Source: Octopus sinensis (Eukaryota). Taken from it: a stretch of DNA of 64,000 bases. Where the stretch lies: NCBI RefSeq assembly GCF_006345805.1, contig NC_043022.1, forward strand, positions 4,712,001 through 4,776,000. The letters are read 5' to 3'. Of this stretch, positions 25,270 through 37,236 are shown piece by piece. The notes beneath the pieces are model-generated. The model made no database searches. It was not told the origin of the DNA and saw only the letters and a program-made list of their open reading frames with translations. The position numbers and the translations under genes were made by a program. Position 1 is the stretch's first letter, and each line of letters begins with the position of its first letter.

Positions 25270-26160
25270 GTGAAGGTGGCTTAAGGTTAGGCTATTCAGC
25301 TCATGATCGTAACGTCGTGAGTTCAATTCCTGCAACATGTTGAGTCCTTGGGCAAGACACTTTATTCCACATTGCTCCAATTCCCTCACCTAGCATAAAT
25401 GAGTCGTACTTGTATTTCAAAAGGGGCCGACCTTGTCACATTCTGTGTTACACTGAATCACCCTGAGAATTACATTTAAGGTATGTGTCTCTATGGAGCA
25501 CTCAGCCAGTTGCACATTTTATGAAAGTGCATGGCTTTGTGGTTAGGGTATTTAGCTTATGATTGTAAGGTCGCGAGTTCAAATCCTGGTGATGCATTAT
25601 GTCCTTGAGCAAGGCACTTCATTTCACATTGCTCCAGTCCACTCAGTTTGCAAAAATGAGTTGTACCAGTAATTCAAAGGGGGCCAGCCTTGTCTCATTC
25701 TGTGTCAGGCTGAATCTCCCTCAGAACTACTGTGGAGTACTCAGCCACTTGCATGTTAATTTCTTGAGCAGGCTGTTCCATTGATCGGATCAACTGGAGC
25801 ACTTCTTGTCGTAACCGGTGGAGAGCCAGGGTGTTTTGTGACGGTGAATGACCTTGAGGTCAGAGTATTCTGCTCATGACCCTAAAGTCAGGGGTTCAAT
25901 TCCAAGCAACGCATTGTGTCCGCAACACACTTTATTTCCCCTTACTCGTGTCCACTCATCTGGCAAGAATGATTTGTACCTGTAAATCCAAAGGGACCAG
26001 CCTTGTCACATTCTGTGTCAGGCTGAATCTCCCTCAGAACTACATTAAGGGTACACGTGTCTGCGGAATACTCAACCACTTGCATGTTAATTCCATGAGC
26101 AGGCTGTTCCTTTGATGAAATCAGCTGGGACCCTCGTTGCCATAACCAATGGAGCACCAA
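25270..26160 (+). mobile_element. Three tandem degenerate SINE family B copies
   Basis: Heads at about 25270, 25530 and 25870, each followed by the core and aagggg.cagccttgtc. Confidence 0.75.
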
Positions 26161-26487
26161 TCATAAGGACTTCAAGATCCAACTCTACAAAAGAATTAGG
26201 TGACACGGTTGACCCCAAAAACCCACTGGTTCTGTATTTTAACGAACCCTGGAAAAACAGAAAACAAGGCTGACCTCCGGCAGGATTTGAACTCAGAACA
26301 TAAACAGCCTGAAAGAATTCTGCAAAGTATTTTCTCCAAAGCTCTCATGATTCTACTGACATCCTTTCTTTATATAAAATATTAAATAATATCTTTCGTT
26401 TCAGAGAAAAAAACCACATTAAAGACTGCCATATGTACGATAAATGTCATAATCCACATCTCGCAGTGAATAACAACCGCCCCTCTT

Positions 26488-26910
26488 CTTTCTCTCTCTC
26501 TTTCACTGTCTCTCTCTTTCTTTCTCTCTCTTACTGTCTCTCTCTTTCTGTCTCTCTCTTTCTCTCTCTTTCTCTCTCTTACTGTCTCTCTCTTTCTCTC
26601 TCTTACTGTCTCTCTCTTTCTCTCTTACTGTCTCTCTCTTACTGTCTCTTTTTTTCCCTACTTCTCTCTACTTCTCTCTCTCCCTCATGCTGTCTCCTCT
26701 TTTTCTCGCTCTTTCTCACTATCTCTCTTTTTCTCACTCTCTCTTGCTGTCTGTCTCTCTTTTTCTCACTCTCTCTTGCTGTCTTTCTCTCTTTCTCTCT
26801 CTCCCTTGCTGTGTCTTGCTTTCTCTCTCTCTCTCTTGCTTTCTGTGTCTCACTTTTCCCCCCTCTCTCTCTCCTTCTCTCTCTCTTTCTCTCTCTCCCC
26901 CTCTACCCCC
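26488..26910. repeat. (CT)n-rich compound microsatellite
   Basis: ctctctcttactgt variants. Confidence 0.95.
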
Positions 26911-27529
26911 CTACACATATCAGTAAGGACTGACATATATCTCAGCAAGAAAATATTTTCGTAAATAAACAATAAAACTGACATTTTCGTTTTATACCTC
27001 AAAATAAAACATTAAAACGAAAAAAAACAAAAAAAAACACAGATACATAAAACAACATAGCTAAATAAACCACCACCACCCACCTCTACCGCCCACCCAT
27101 CCACCTGCTTCCAAAGATAAAAGATGGCAGCAGGGGTGCGGCGTGAGGAAGAGCCATTTACATATGTATATACACATCTATATTAGATTATAACGCGAGA
27201 TATATTAAGCTGTATTTGGCAATAAAACTCTCGAGGAATATCACATATGTATATATATATATGTATATATATGTTTGTTGCGGTATTTCTGAGCTAATAT
27301 TGGAAAACATGGCTAGTTTTTAGAGATGTTTAGAGATAATTTTATAACTGAGCTTATTTGATAAGACCCAACAATTTTAATTGCTTCCATTTCACCCTTG
27401 TTTTTAGGAGGGGGTGGCCTTTATTTTGTTATCTTTGATTGTTTGTTTACACTGTGACCATTTTGGTGGTGGAAGCATTTTCAAATATTTTCATTGTTAT
27501 TATTGTTGTTGTTGTTGTCGTTGTTGTTA

Positions 27530-28610
27530 AGGCAGCGAGATGGTAGAATTGTTAGCATGCCGGGTGAAATGCTTAGCGGTATTTCGTCTGCCGCTACGTT
27601 CTGAGTTCAAATTCCGCCAGGTCGACTTTGCCTTTCATCCTTTCGGGGTCGATAAATTAAAGTACCAGTTACGCACTGGGGTCGATGTAATCGACTTAAT
27701 ACCTATGTCTGTCCTTGTTTGTCCCCTCTGTGTTTAGCCCCTTGTGGGTAATAAAGAAATAGGTATTTTGCCCGTTGCTTTGTTCTGAGTTCAAATTCTG
27801 CTGAGGTCAACTTTACCTTTCATCCTTTCAGGGTCGATAAATTTAAGTTCCAGTTGAGTACTGGGGGTCGATCTAATCAACTGGCCCCCTCCCCCAAAAT
27901 GCAGGCCTTGTGCCTATAATGGAAAGGATTATCATTATTATTGTTAAGACAGCAAGCTGTCAGAATCACTAGCATGTCAGGTGAAACTCTTTGTGGTATT
28001 TTGCCCGTCTCTACGTTCTGAGTTCAAATTCCATCGAGGTCAACTTTGTCTTTCATCCTTTCGGGGGTCAATAAATAAAATACCAGTAAAACACTGGGTT
28101 GATGTAATCGACTAGTCCCCCTCCCCCCAAATTTGAGGCCTTGTGCCTCCAGTAGAAAGGATCATCATCATTGTCATCATCGTCATCGCCATCATTGTTG
28201 TCATCGTCGTCATCATCATCATATAAGATGGTAAACTAATAGAATTTACCTGGCATGCTAACGAGCATGCCAGGTAAATTGCTTAGTGGCATTTCATTTG
28301 TTTGTTTGTTTACATTGTGACCATTTTAGTAGCAGCATCTTCAAATTTTTTATTCTCATCATCGTCGTCATCATTATTATTGTTAAGGCAGCAAGCTACC
28401 AGAATCGTTAGCATACCTGGCAAAATGTTTAGTGGTATTTCACCCGTTGCAACGAGCTGAGTTCAAATTCCACCAAGGTCGACTTTGCCTTTCATCCTTT
28501 CTGGGTTGATAAAACAAGACCCAAGTGAAACACTGAGGTCAATGTAATCAATTTAAACTTCCCCAAATTGCTGGCCTTGTGCCAAAATGTGAAACCATTA
28601 TTATTGTTGT
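27530..28610 (+). mobile_element. Cluster of 4-5 SINE family C copies
   Basis: Repeated gttctgagttcaaattc...gtcgactttgcctttcatcc cores. Confidence 0.85.
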
Positions 28611-28654
28611 TGTTGTCTCAGAGAGAAAAGGCTGCAAGCTGGCAGAACTGTTAA

Positions 28655-29505
28655 CCAAAAACCATATAAACATGGCTGAAGAATGTTTATAATTATGAAC
28701 AAGTCACAGCTTTTATGTTGAAGAGAAATAATATGAGTGATTTAAATGGCTTTACAGTGGTTTTGACTGCTATTTCTAAACATGTAGGGGTTTTGAAACC
28801 CTCTCAGTTATAATTGTGACTTGATCATAATTATAAACATTCTTCTTATTATTACAATTATGATATATATATATATATATATGCCGTTGCCAGCGCCGCC
28901 CAGACGGGCCTCCGTGCCGGTGGCACATAAAAAGCACCATCCGATCGTGACCGTTGCCAGCCTCACCTGACCCCTGTGCCGGTGACACATGAAAAGCACC
29001 AACCGATCGTGGCCGTTGCCAGCCTCGCCTGACCCCTGTGCTGGTGGCACATAAAAAGCACCAACCGATCGTGGCCGTTGCCAGCCTCCCCTGACCCCCA
29101 TGCCGGTGGCACATAAAAAGCGCCATCCAATCGTGGCTGTTGCCAGCCTCGCCTGACCCCCGTGCCGGTGGCACGTAAAAAGCACCGTCCGATCGTTATG
29201 AGAACTCCATAACCCAAACCATGTACTCCTGCTATGTGGATGATATCAACATAGTAGCCAAAGCAACATCACAAGACAATGCTGGTGATCTAGAAGCTAA
29301 CACTATGGGGAGAATCCAGCAAATAGCTAACTCCATTCACCAGAGTATTAAAGTAACGATAGACCACTGTAACAAACACCCAAACTATAGGCTACCAGTT
29401 TTAAACATGGAACTCTGGCTGGGGACCAAGAACAGTAAGGCCCAGATCCTTCATTCCCATTATGCCGAACCAATGGCCTCTAAATACATGATTCCCGTGA
29501 ACATA
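28655..29505. repeat. Composite local duplication: MITE + family D array (direct copy of ~22720-23060) fused to an inverted 307-bp PLE RT segment (copy of 21555-21861)
   Basis: Direct sequence comparison; the PLE piece differs at 2 positions that I could see. Confidence 0.9.
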
Positions 29506-29714
29506 AGTCCTGGGGTCACTTTGTTTGACAAAAATACTGCAAAGTAATGCTCCAATATGGTAGCAGCCTGATGACAGGAACAAATAAGAGTTAAAGGATA
29601 TTGACACAAATAGACATGTGTGTGCGTGTGTATGTTTATATGTATGTGTGCTCCAGCATGGCCACAGCCTTAAGGCTGGAACATAAAAGAATATATTATA
29701 TATATATATGTTTT

Positions 29715-30095
29715 TGACTCTCTTATTTGTTTCAGTCATTTGACTGCAGCCATGCTGGAGCACCACCTTTAGTCAAACAAATTGACCCCAGGACTTATTC
29801 TTTGTAAGCCTAGTACTTATTCTATCGGTCGCTTTTGTCGAACCGCTAAGTGACAGGGGATGTAAATACACCAATATCAGTTGTGAAGTGATTGTGGGGG
29901 GGGGGGGACAAACACAGACACAAATACATACATACACACACATACAATGGGCTTCTTTCAGTCTCTACCAAATCCAGTCACAAGGCTTTGGTCTGCCTAA
30001 GGCTATAGTAGAAGACGCTTGCCCAAGCTGCCATGCAGTAGGACTGAACCCAGAACTATGTGGTTGAGAAGCAAGCTTTCTTACCACACAGCCAC
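29715..30095 (-). mobile_element. SINE family A (degenerate)
   Basis: Family A consensus, reverse orientation. Confidence 0.85.
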
Positions 30096-30122
30096 CCTTC
30101 TGCCTATATATAATATATATAT

Positions 30123-30336
30123 ATCACCTTGATCACCTTGACCGACCAGTCATTCAGGCATCCATTTGACACCGCTGGTCACAGCACATGTCCACTCCTC
30201 TCTGGATCGCCCCTTTCTCATCCACATGATCCTAATCGTCCTCCTGAAATCATAACTCCACTGTCGTGGAGGTCTTCCGGGTGGTCTTTTCCGCTTGCGC
30301 GGGTACCACTCGACAACTGCGTGGGTCCACCGATTA
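30123..30336 (-). mobile_element. RTE-type LINE 3' end with (caaggtgat)n tail, inside (TA)n
   Basis: [47 protein letters not shown]; TA tracts on both sides. Confidence 0.85.
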
Positions 30337-30380
30337 TATATATATACATATATACATATACATACATATACATACATATA

Positions 30381-30420
<40 letters not shown>

Positions 30421-30424
<4 letters not shown>

Positions 30425-30645
30425 GCGGTGATCTGGCAGAAACGTTAGCACGCCGGGCGAAATGCGTAGCCATATTTCGTCTGCCGCTATGTTCTGAGTT
30501 CAAATTCCGCCGAGGTCGACTTTGCCTTTCATCCTTTCGGGGTCGATAAATTAAGTACCAGTTATGCACTGGGGTCAATATAATCGACTTAATCCGTTTG
30601 TCTGTCCTTGTTTGTCCCCTCTGTGTTTAGCCCCTTGTGGGTAGT
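30421..30645 (+). mobile_element. SINE family C, full length (another at 31062-31280, minus)
   Basis: aaggcggtgatctggcag head to gtgggtagtaaa tail. Confidence 0.9.
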
Positions 30646-30646
30646 A

Positions 30647-30677
<31 letters not shown>

Positions 30678-31799
30678 TATAATGATAAAATGTAAACAAA
30701 CTGATGTTTGTTTTAGAAGCTTTGAAATGTGTTTTGTGAGACACAAATAAGATAATAATTATATATTCAAACGCATAAAAGCTGACAGAACAAAAGAGAT
30801 TGGATAAGACAACCATAGAAAGTGGGAAAACTTGTCAGCAACCAGCCATATACATATCTGGATATATTTGGATTATGATACAAAATCCAGAATCTTCCAA
30901 CTGCCGTGATTGTAAGATTGTGGTTTCAGTTCCTGGACCAGACAATGTGTTGTGTTCTTGAGCAAAACACTTCAGTTCTTGTTGCACCAGTCCACTCGGC
31001 TGGCAAAAAGGAGTAATTATGCTATGGCTTGGCATCATGTCCAGGGGCAATATATATATTTCTTTACTACCCACAAGAGGCTAAACACAGAGGGGACAAA
31101 CAAGGACAGACAAACGGATTACGTCAACCCCAGTGCATAACTGGTACTTAATTTATCGACCCCGAAAGGATGAAAGGCAAAGTCGACCTCGGCGGAATTT
31201 GAACTCAGAACGTAACGGCAGACGAAATACAGCTACGCATTTCGCCCAGCGTGCTAACGTTTCTGCCAGCTCGCCGCCTTTTTCATATATATATTCCAGG
31301 GGGAATATATATGCCAGAGAAACTGGGAAACCAGTTGTATTAGCAAATGGCTTGGACAGATCTTTGATCCTTAGATGGATTGCATAATGAGTTCTTGAGG
31401 ATGCTCTTCATGTCCCCAACCTTGGTTTGTTGCCAATTAGCATATACTAAACAATTAACCACAATGCAAAATAAACATGTGCTTAGGGTATGAAAGGAAG
31501 AAAGGCACCACAGAAATGGTAAATGGTTCACAGCACAAAAGAAATCACTTTAAACTTGCTAAAATAATATTCAAAATGGTTTATATGATCAGAAATATAA
31601 TTTCAAAGTCTTCATGATGTCATAATGAGGATCTGATTAAAGACTTTGCAATTAAAAAAAAAAAAAAAGTAGGAGAAAACTGTTCAAATTTAAATAAAGT
31701 GGGAATATACAAAAATAGACATTATCAAGCTTACCTTTCTGAATCTGCACATTGCCTTCAATTCATTTTAAACATTAAGGGTCACAAATTGCTAAGCAG

Positions 31800-31960
31800 A
31801 CAATCCATTTTCTCAGTTGAAAATCCCATCAGAACACCTATGCAATGAGGCAGGCTGGACGCCTTATCTCTGTTAAGTATAGAAGCAGATGTGTTACACA
31901 AGATTAATCTTAAGGATCTGATCTAAGATTTTGCAATTTTTCAAAAAAATAAGAGAAAAC
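31800..31960 (+). mobile_element. hAT transposase C-terminal dimerisation-domain remnant
   Basis: MQ*GRLDALSLLSIEADVLHKINLKDLI*DFAI matches the hAT pattern RL..L..LSIE....KI....I.DFA. Confidence 0.6.
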
Positions 31961-32066
31961 TTTTCAAATACAAATAAAATGGAAGTATACGAAAATAAAC
32001 ATTATTTTCCATTTTTCTGTTAGTTTTGTTTCATTTTTAAAAATAAAAAAAATTATTTTATGGTTT

Positions 32067-32468
32067 ACTAGCAGTATCGCCCGGCGTTGCTCGGGTTTGT
32101 AAGGGAAATAACTATAAAAGCATTTTTAGAGATGTAAGGTATAATAGCCATCTCAATATGGCTAACCACAAAGGGGGGGGTGTTACTGTAGCTTTTTAAG
32201 TTCTGAGATTTAATAATAAATTTTTAGAGAGTTACTTCCCTTATATAATAGCAAAAAAATGCATTAAAAATGGGAAAAATTGATGGTAAATGTTTTTTTA
32301 AATCGTAGACTCATCGTAGACGCGCGCTAATACCCAGAAGGGCTCGATATGAATCACGACTATAAGATACCTGGTTTTGGTTAAACTGCACCGCAAAATG
32401 TGGGACTAGTTAGGAATCTAAATCATAGGAGACAGACAGCACACAACCTCACTTTTATATATAAAGAT
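32067..32468. mobile_element. Helentron-associated non-autonomous element (HINE-like)
   Basis: actagcagtatcgcccggcgttgctcggg end and gacagacag...ttttatatataaagat end; opposite orientation to 7162-7977. Confidence 0.75.
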
Positions 32469-32735
32469 TATTGTTTATATTTTGAATTACATATATATGG
32501 GGACATCAAAATATTTTAAGTTATTAAGGCTTCTATGGGTCGTAATCCAACCCTGCCAATAGTCTTTCTACAGGGAAACATCCCCAATGGGGTGTGGAGC
32601 ATTAGTACAAACACACACAGAGAAGCGTATATCATCTTCATCATCACCATTTAGGGTCCACTTTTCCATGTTTCCATGGGTCAAATGGGATTTATTGAAG
32701 GGGATTTCCTAGAGCTGGATGCCTTTCCTCTCACT

Positions 32736-33121
32736 GGATGGATGGAAGCACTCCATCGGTTACGACGACGAGGGTTCCAGTTGATCCGATCAACGGAACA
32801 GCCTGCTCGTGAAATTAACGTGTAAGTGGCTGAGCACTCCACAGACACGTGTACCCTTAACGTAGTTCTTGGGGATATTCAGCGTGACACAGAGAGTGAC
32901 AAGGCCGGCCCTTTGAAATACAAGTATAACAGAAACAGGAAGTAAGAGTGAGAGAAAGTTGTGGTGAAAGAGTACAGCAGGGATCACCACCATCCCCTGC
33001 CGGAGCCTCATGGAGCTTTAGGTGTTTTTGCTCAATAAACACTCACAATGCCCGGTCTGGGAATCGAAACCGCGATCCTACAACCGCGAGTCCGCTGCCC
33101 TAACCACTGGGCCATTGCGCC
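32736..33121 (-). mobile_element. SINE family B1 with 10-bp TSD
   Basis: tcctctcact at 32726-32735 and 33122-33131; inserted into a family D fragment. Confidence 0.92.
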
Positions 33122-33709
33122 TCCTCTCACTAGCCCTCACCTGTTTCTAAACAAAGGAATATTTCTCAATAATCAGACACGCTTTTCATGAAAGACTGGT
33201 CAGACATACAAATACTTAGGAATCAATGAACAAAATACAACACACACAAATGAAAGAGAAGATAAGAAAGGAATACTACAGAGAAGTTAGATTAATACTG
33301 AAGATAGAGCTCAATGCAAAAAACAAAATAATAGGTATCAACACTCTAGTTATAAGTTACATCTACAGTGTTTCACTAATACTTAATTAATCAACTGTGT
33401 AAGTTAACCCCAGCAGAATTTGAATTCAGAACATAAATGCTAAGGATTCTGCCAGCTCATCACCTTATCAATAATAATGATAATAATAACAATAATAAGG
33501 ATTTCAAATTTTGGCACAAGGCCAGAAACTTTGGGGAAGGTTGAGCTGATTACAATGCCCTCAGCACTCAACTGGTTCTTATTTTATCGACCGCAAAAGG
33601 ATGAAAGGTAAAGTCGACCTTAGCAGAATTTGAACTTAGAAAATAATGACAGACAAAATGCTACATAGTATTTTTCCCAGAGTGTTAACAATTCTGCCAG
33701 GCTGCCATC

Positions 33710-33745
<36 letters not shown>

Positions 33746-33788
33746 GTAATAATAATAGTAATAATAACAACAACAGCAAAAATAATGA

Positions 33789-34190
33789 CAGGAGTGGCTG
33801 TGTGGTAAGTAGCTTGTTTACCAACCACATGGTACCTAGTTCAGTCCCACTGCGTGGCACCTTGGGCAAGTGTCTTCTACTATATCCTCGGGCCGACCAA
33901 TGCCTTGTGAGTGGATTTGGTAGACGGAAACTGAAAGAAGCCCGTCGTATATATGTATATATATGTATGTGCATGTATGTTTGTGTGTCAGTGTTTGTCC
34001 CTTTAGCATTGCTTGACAACCGATGCTGGTGTGTTTATGTCCCCGTTACTTAGCGGTTTGGCAAAAGAGACCGATAGAATAAGTACTGGGCTTACAAAAG
34101 AATAAGTCCCGGGGTTGAGTTGCTCGATTAAAGGCAGTGCTCCAGCATGGCCGCAGTCAATTGACTGAAACAAGTAAAAGAGTAAAAGAG
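33789..34190 (+). mobile_element. SINE family A, full length
   Basis: Family A consensus. Confidence 0.9.
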
Positions 34191-34205
34191 AGAATAATAA
34201 TAATA

Positions 34206-34764
34206 AATGCCCTGATGCAGTACCAGGCAGTGACTCTCATGGCTTCTGATCTTAACTGATTGGAAGTATTATCATGTACATTGTTTTGTCTTGGTATAAA
34301 AGATGGGCTACAGCAAATATTCTGCTCAATACCACAGATTTGCTTGTCAGTTGTTTGACCTTAACCAGTTGAGCATGTCCCTTAGTGGCTGACGATATGT
34401 GCATCTCTGATCACGAGCAGAAGTAGTGGGGGAGCATCATAGCCATGTGTTGAGAGGGATTCTTTGGGGTTTGGATAATTCACCTCTTGAAACATGGGTG
34501 TTTCGTTCAACATCCTTAAACAATCCTTATTCAGGGACCTTTTGAGCAGGATGGGTTACTCGACCTGAAGAAAATTCTAACTGGGCCCCACCTGCAAGGT
34601 CATGTGCTGTTTATCTTGATATGAGATCACTATGTCACGCACACATGGTTGTGATGTATATACCTGGTGTACCCTTATCAGGCGGGTAGTCATGATGGGC
34701 ATACTGGGCTTCGTATATTTGTACTCCTATGTCACTTTTGATGGCATGTACTACTCTCTCACTC
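34206..34764. mobile_element. Unclassified (AAT)n-embedded repeat (copy 2, longer)
   Basis: Homologous to 13971-14501. Confidence 0.8.
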
Positions 34765-35849
34765 AATAATAATAATAATAATAATAATAATGATAAAAAT
34801 AACTCAGAGACCAGGAAACCCCAAAATGGCAGAAATTCAAAAGATAGTGCTCATGGGAAATGCTCATATCCTATGCAAAATACTTTCTATGTAATCTCAA
34901 GTTTTAAAACAAACATAATTTTGGGTTTTTTTTTTATACATTCACTAGTACAACACTAAATACAAAACCAAATATATGGCACACTAGGCATAACAACATC
35001 ACGGACTTCCAACCTGTTGTCTCTTGAGGTCTCTGGGTGAGACTTGGAGCCAACTTGTACAAATATAAAGCAAAAGTCAAACACAGAATAATAATAATAA
35101 TAATAATAATGATTTTAAAGTCTGGCACAAGGCCAGCAATTTCAGGATAGAGGTAAATTAAAATAACTGGAACTTATTTTATCAACCCTGAAAAGATGAA
35201 AGGCAAAGTCGACGTTGGTGGAATTTGAACTCAGAACATAATAAAGACCATCATAATGCCCCTAACCATTTTGCCTGGTGTGCTAACAATTCTGCCAGCT
35301 CACCGTCTTAGACTCCCGTTTATATTAACCCTGCACAAACACAATACACCAATATTACTAGCAGTTCCATAACATCCTGCATAATTAATAAACTCAATAT
35401 ATTGAATAACCAAATGGCCTTTACACAATGCAATGATCTTTAAAACTAGTTTATCATAACATCCGCCCTCTTCCATCGCACCGCTGTCACCCCTCTGTTC
35501 CAGCCCCTACATTAACCAACTGGGGTACTGCAGTGTTCAGGGTGTTAAAGTATTGAGAGAAATGGTTAATTAGTTGTGGGATTGACTTAGCTTTTTAATT
35601 GAGTGGTAATAGCTTTTAATGTAATAAACAAATTAAAAATACAATGGAAGACTGCGCCTACATCGGGGGCAGTGCTGCTGTTGTTACAGTTGCAGCATTC
35701 ACTACTGCTCTCACTGCACCTGCTGCGGCTGCCACTGCTCTCACTGCACCTGCTGCGGCTGCCACTGCTTTCACAGCTGCTTTTGCTACTGTTGTTGTTG
35801 TTCTTCTTCTTCCAATCAGGACTCACGCCATTAGCCACAAAGAATATAT

Positions 35850-36262
35850 TTCTTTACTACCCACAAGGGGCTAAACACAGAGAAGGCAAACAATGACAGA
35901 CAAACGGATTAAGTCGATTATATCGACCCCTGCACGCAAGTGGTACTTAATTTATCGACCCCGAAAGGATGAAAGGCAAAGTCGACCTCGGCGGAATTTG
36001 AACTCAGAACGTAAAAACTGATGAAATACCTATTTCTTTACTACCCACAAGGGGCTAAACACATAGGGGACAAACAAGGACAGACAAACGGATTAAGTCG
36101 ATTATATCGAGCCCAGTGCGTAACTGGTACTTATTTAATCGACCCCGAGAGGATGAAAGGCAAAGTCAACCTCGGCGGAATTTGAACTCAGAACGTAGCG
36201 GCAGACGAAATACGGCTATGCATTTCGCCCGGCGTGCTAACGGTTCTGCCAGCTCGCTGCCC
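35850..36262 (-). mobile_element. SINE family C head-to-tail dimer
   Basis: Two units joined at gaaatacctatttc (about 36022-36035). Confidence 0.88.
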
Positions 36263-36282
36263 TATTATTAGCCACAAAGAAT

Positions 36283-36653
36283 AATCTCTAATTCGAGCCT
36301 ACTCTAAGCTACTAAGAATGCAAGTGGCAATTTGAAGATCCATCCACCACACGCGATAGACTGGCGGTTGCACTGGCGCGAAAGCTACGGTGTTATCCTC
36401 ATTCCGTAAACGGTGGCTTTTTAACGGGTGAAGGGCTGAACTATCCTGGGGTACAGAGGATTCACAATCTCTAATTCGAGCCTACTCTAAGCTACTAAGA
36501 ATGCGTGTGGCAAATTGAAGATTCACCCACCACCTGCGATAGACCGGTGGGTGCATGGGCACGAAAGCTACGTTGTTATCCTCATTCCGTAAACAGTGGC
36601 TCTTTAACGGGTGAAGGGCTGAACCATCCTGGGGTACAGCGGATTCGCAATCT
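36283..36653. repeat. Tandem dimer of a ~183-bp GC-richer unit
   Basis: aatctctaattcgagcctactctaagc at about 36283 and 36466; units diverged by scattered substitutions. Confidence 0.9.
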
Positions 36654-36719
36654 AGACTAGGAACTGAAAGTTTACCACACCATAGTGGGTTACACTATGG
36701 CTCCTCTGCTTTGTGGCAG

Positions 36720-36915
36720 AAGTAAGAAGAAAGAGTGAGAGAAAGTTGTGATGAAAGAGTACAGCGAGGTTCACCCTCAACCCCAACCCTGCCGGAGCCT
36801 CGCAGAGCTTAGGTGTTTTTGCTCACAATAAACACTCACAATGCCCGGTCTGGGAATTGAAACCGCGTTCTTACGACTGTGAGTCTGCTGCTTTAACCAC
36901 TCAGCCATTGCGCCC
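36720..36915 (-). mobile_element. SINE family B1, 5' part
   Basis: cactcagccattgcgcc head on the minus strand. Confidence 0.8.
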
Positions 36916-37236
36916 CCACTGCTGCTGTTGTTGCCAGTATTGGTGTCACCACAACACTCAATGCTGCTCCCTGTGCCACCACTTCTCTCACCATTGCTGC
37001 GACCCTCGCCACTGCTTTTTCTGCCACCACCCCCCTCACCACTTTCACCACTGGTGACGCTGCTGCCCTCACAGTAACTAACCATCACAAACATAGACCA
37101 TTTTTTGAAGCAAATTACTTTGTTGTTTTTACATGAATTGCTACCCCATTATCACCCCACTTTTCTTCAACGCCCCCTTGGAATGTTCCACCACCCCCGG
37201 GGGGTGGGCAATACCACCCACTTTGGGAACCACTGA

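Noticed and set aside
24373-25273. Long His/Thr/Tyr-rich ORFs
   Set aside because: (CATA)n repeat; only the first ~100 bp is an RTE fragment
36380-36640. Type II hammerhead, HDV-like or twister reading of the 183-bp dimer
   Set aside because: CTGAAC[C/T]A does not match CUGANGA; P1.1/J4-2 and T1/T2 pairings could not be built by eye
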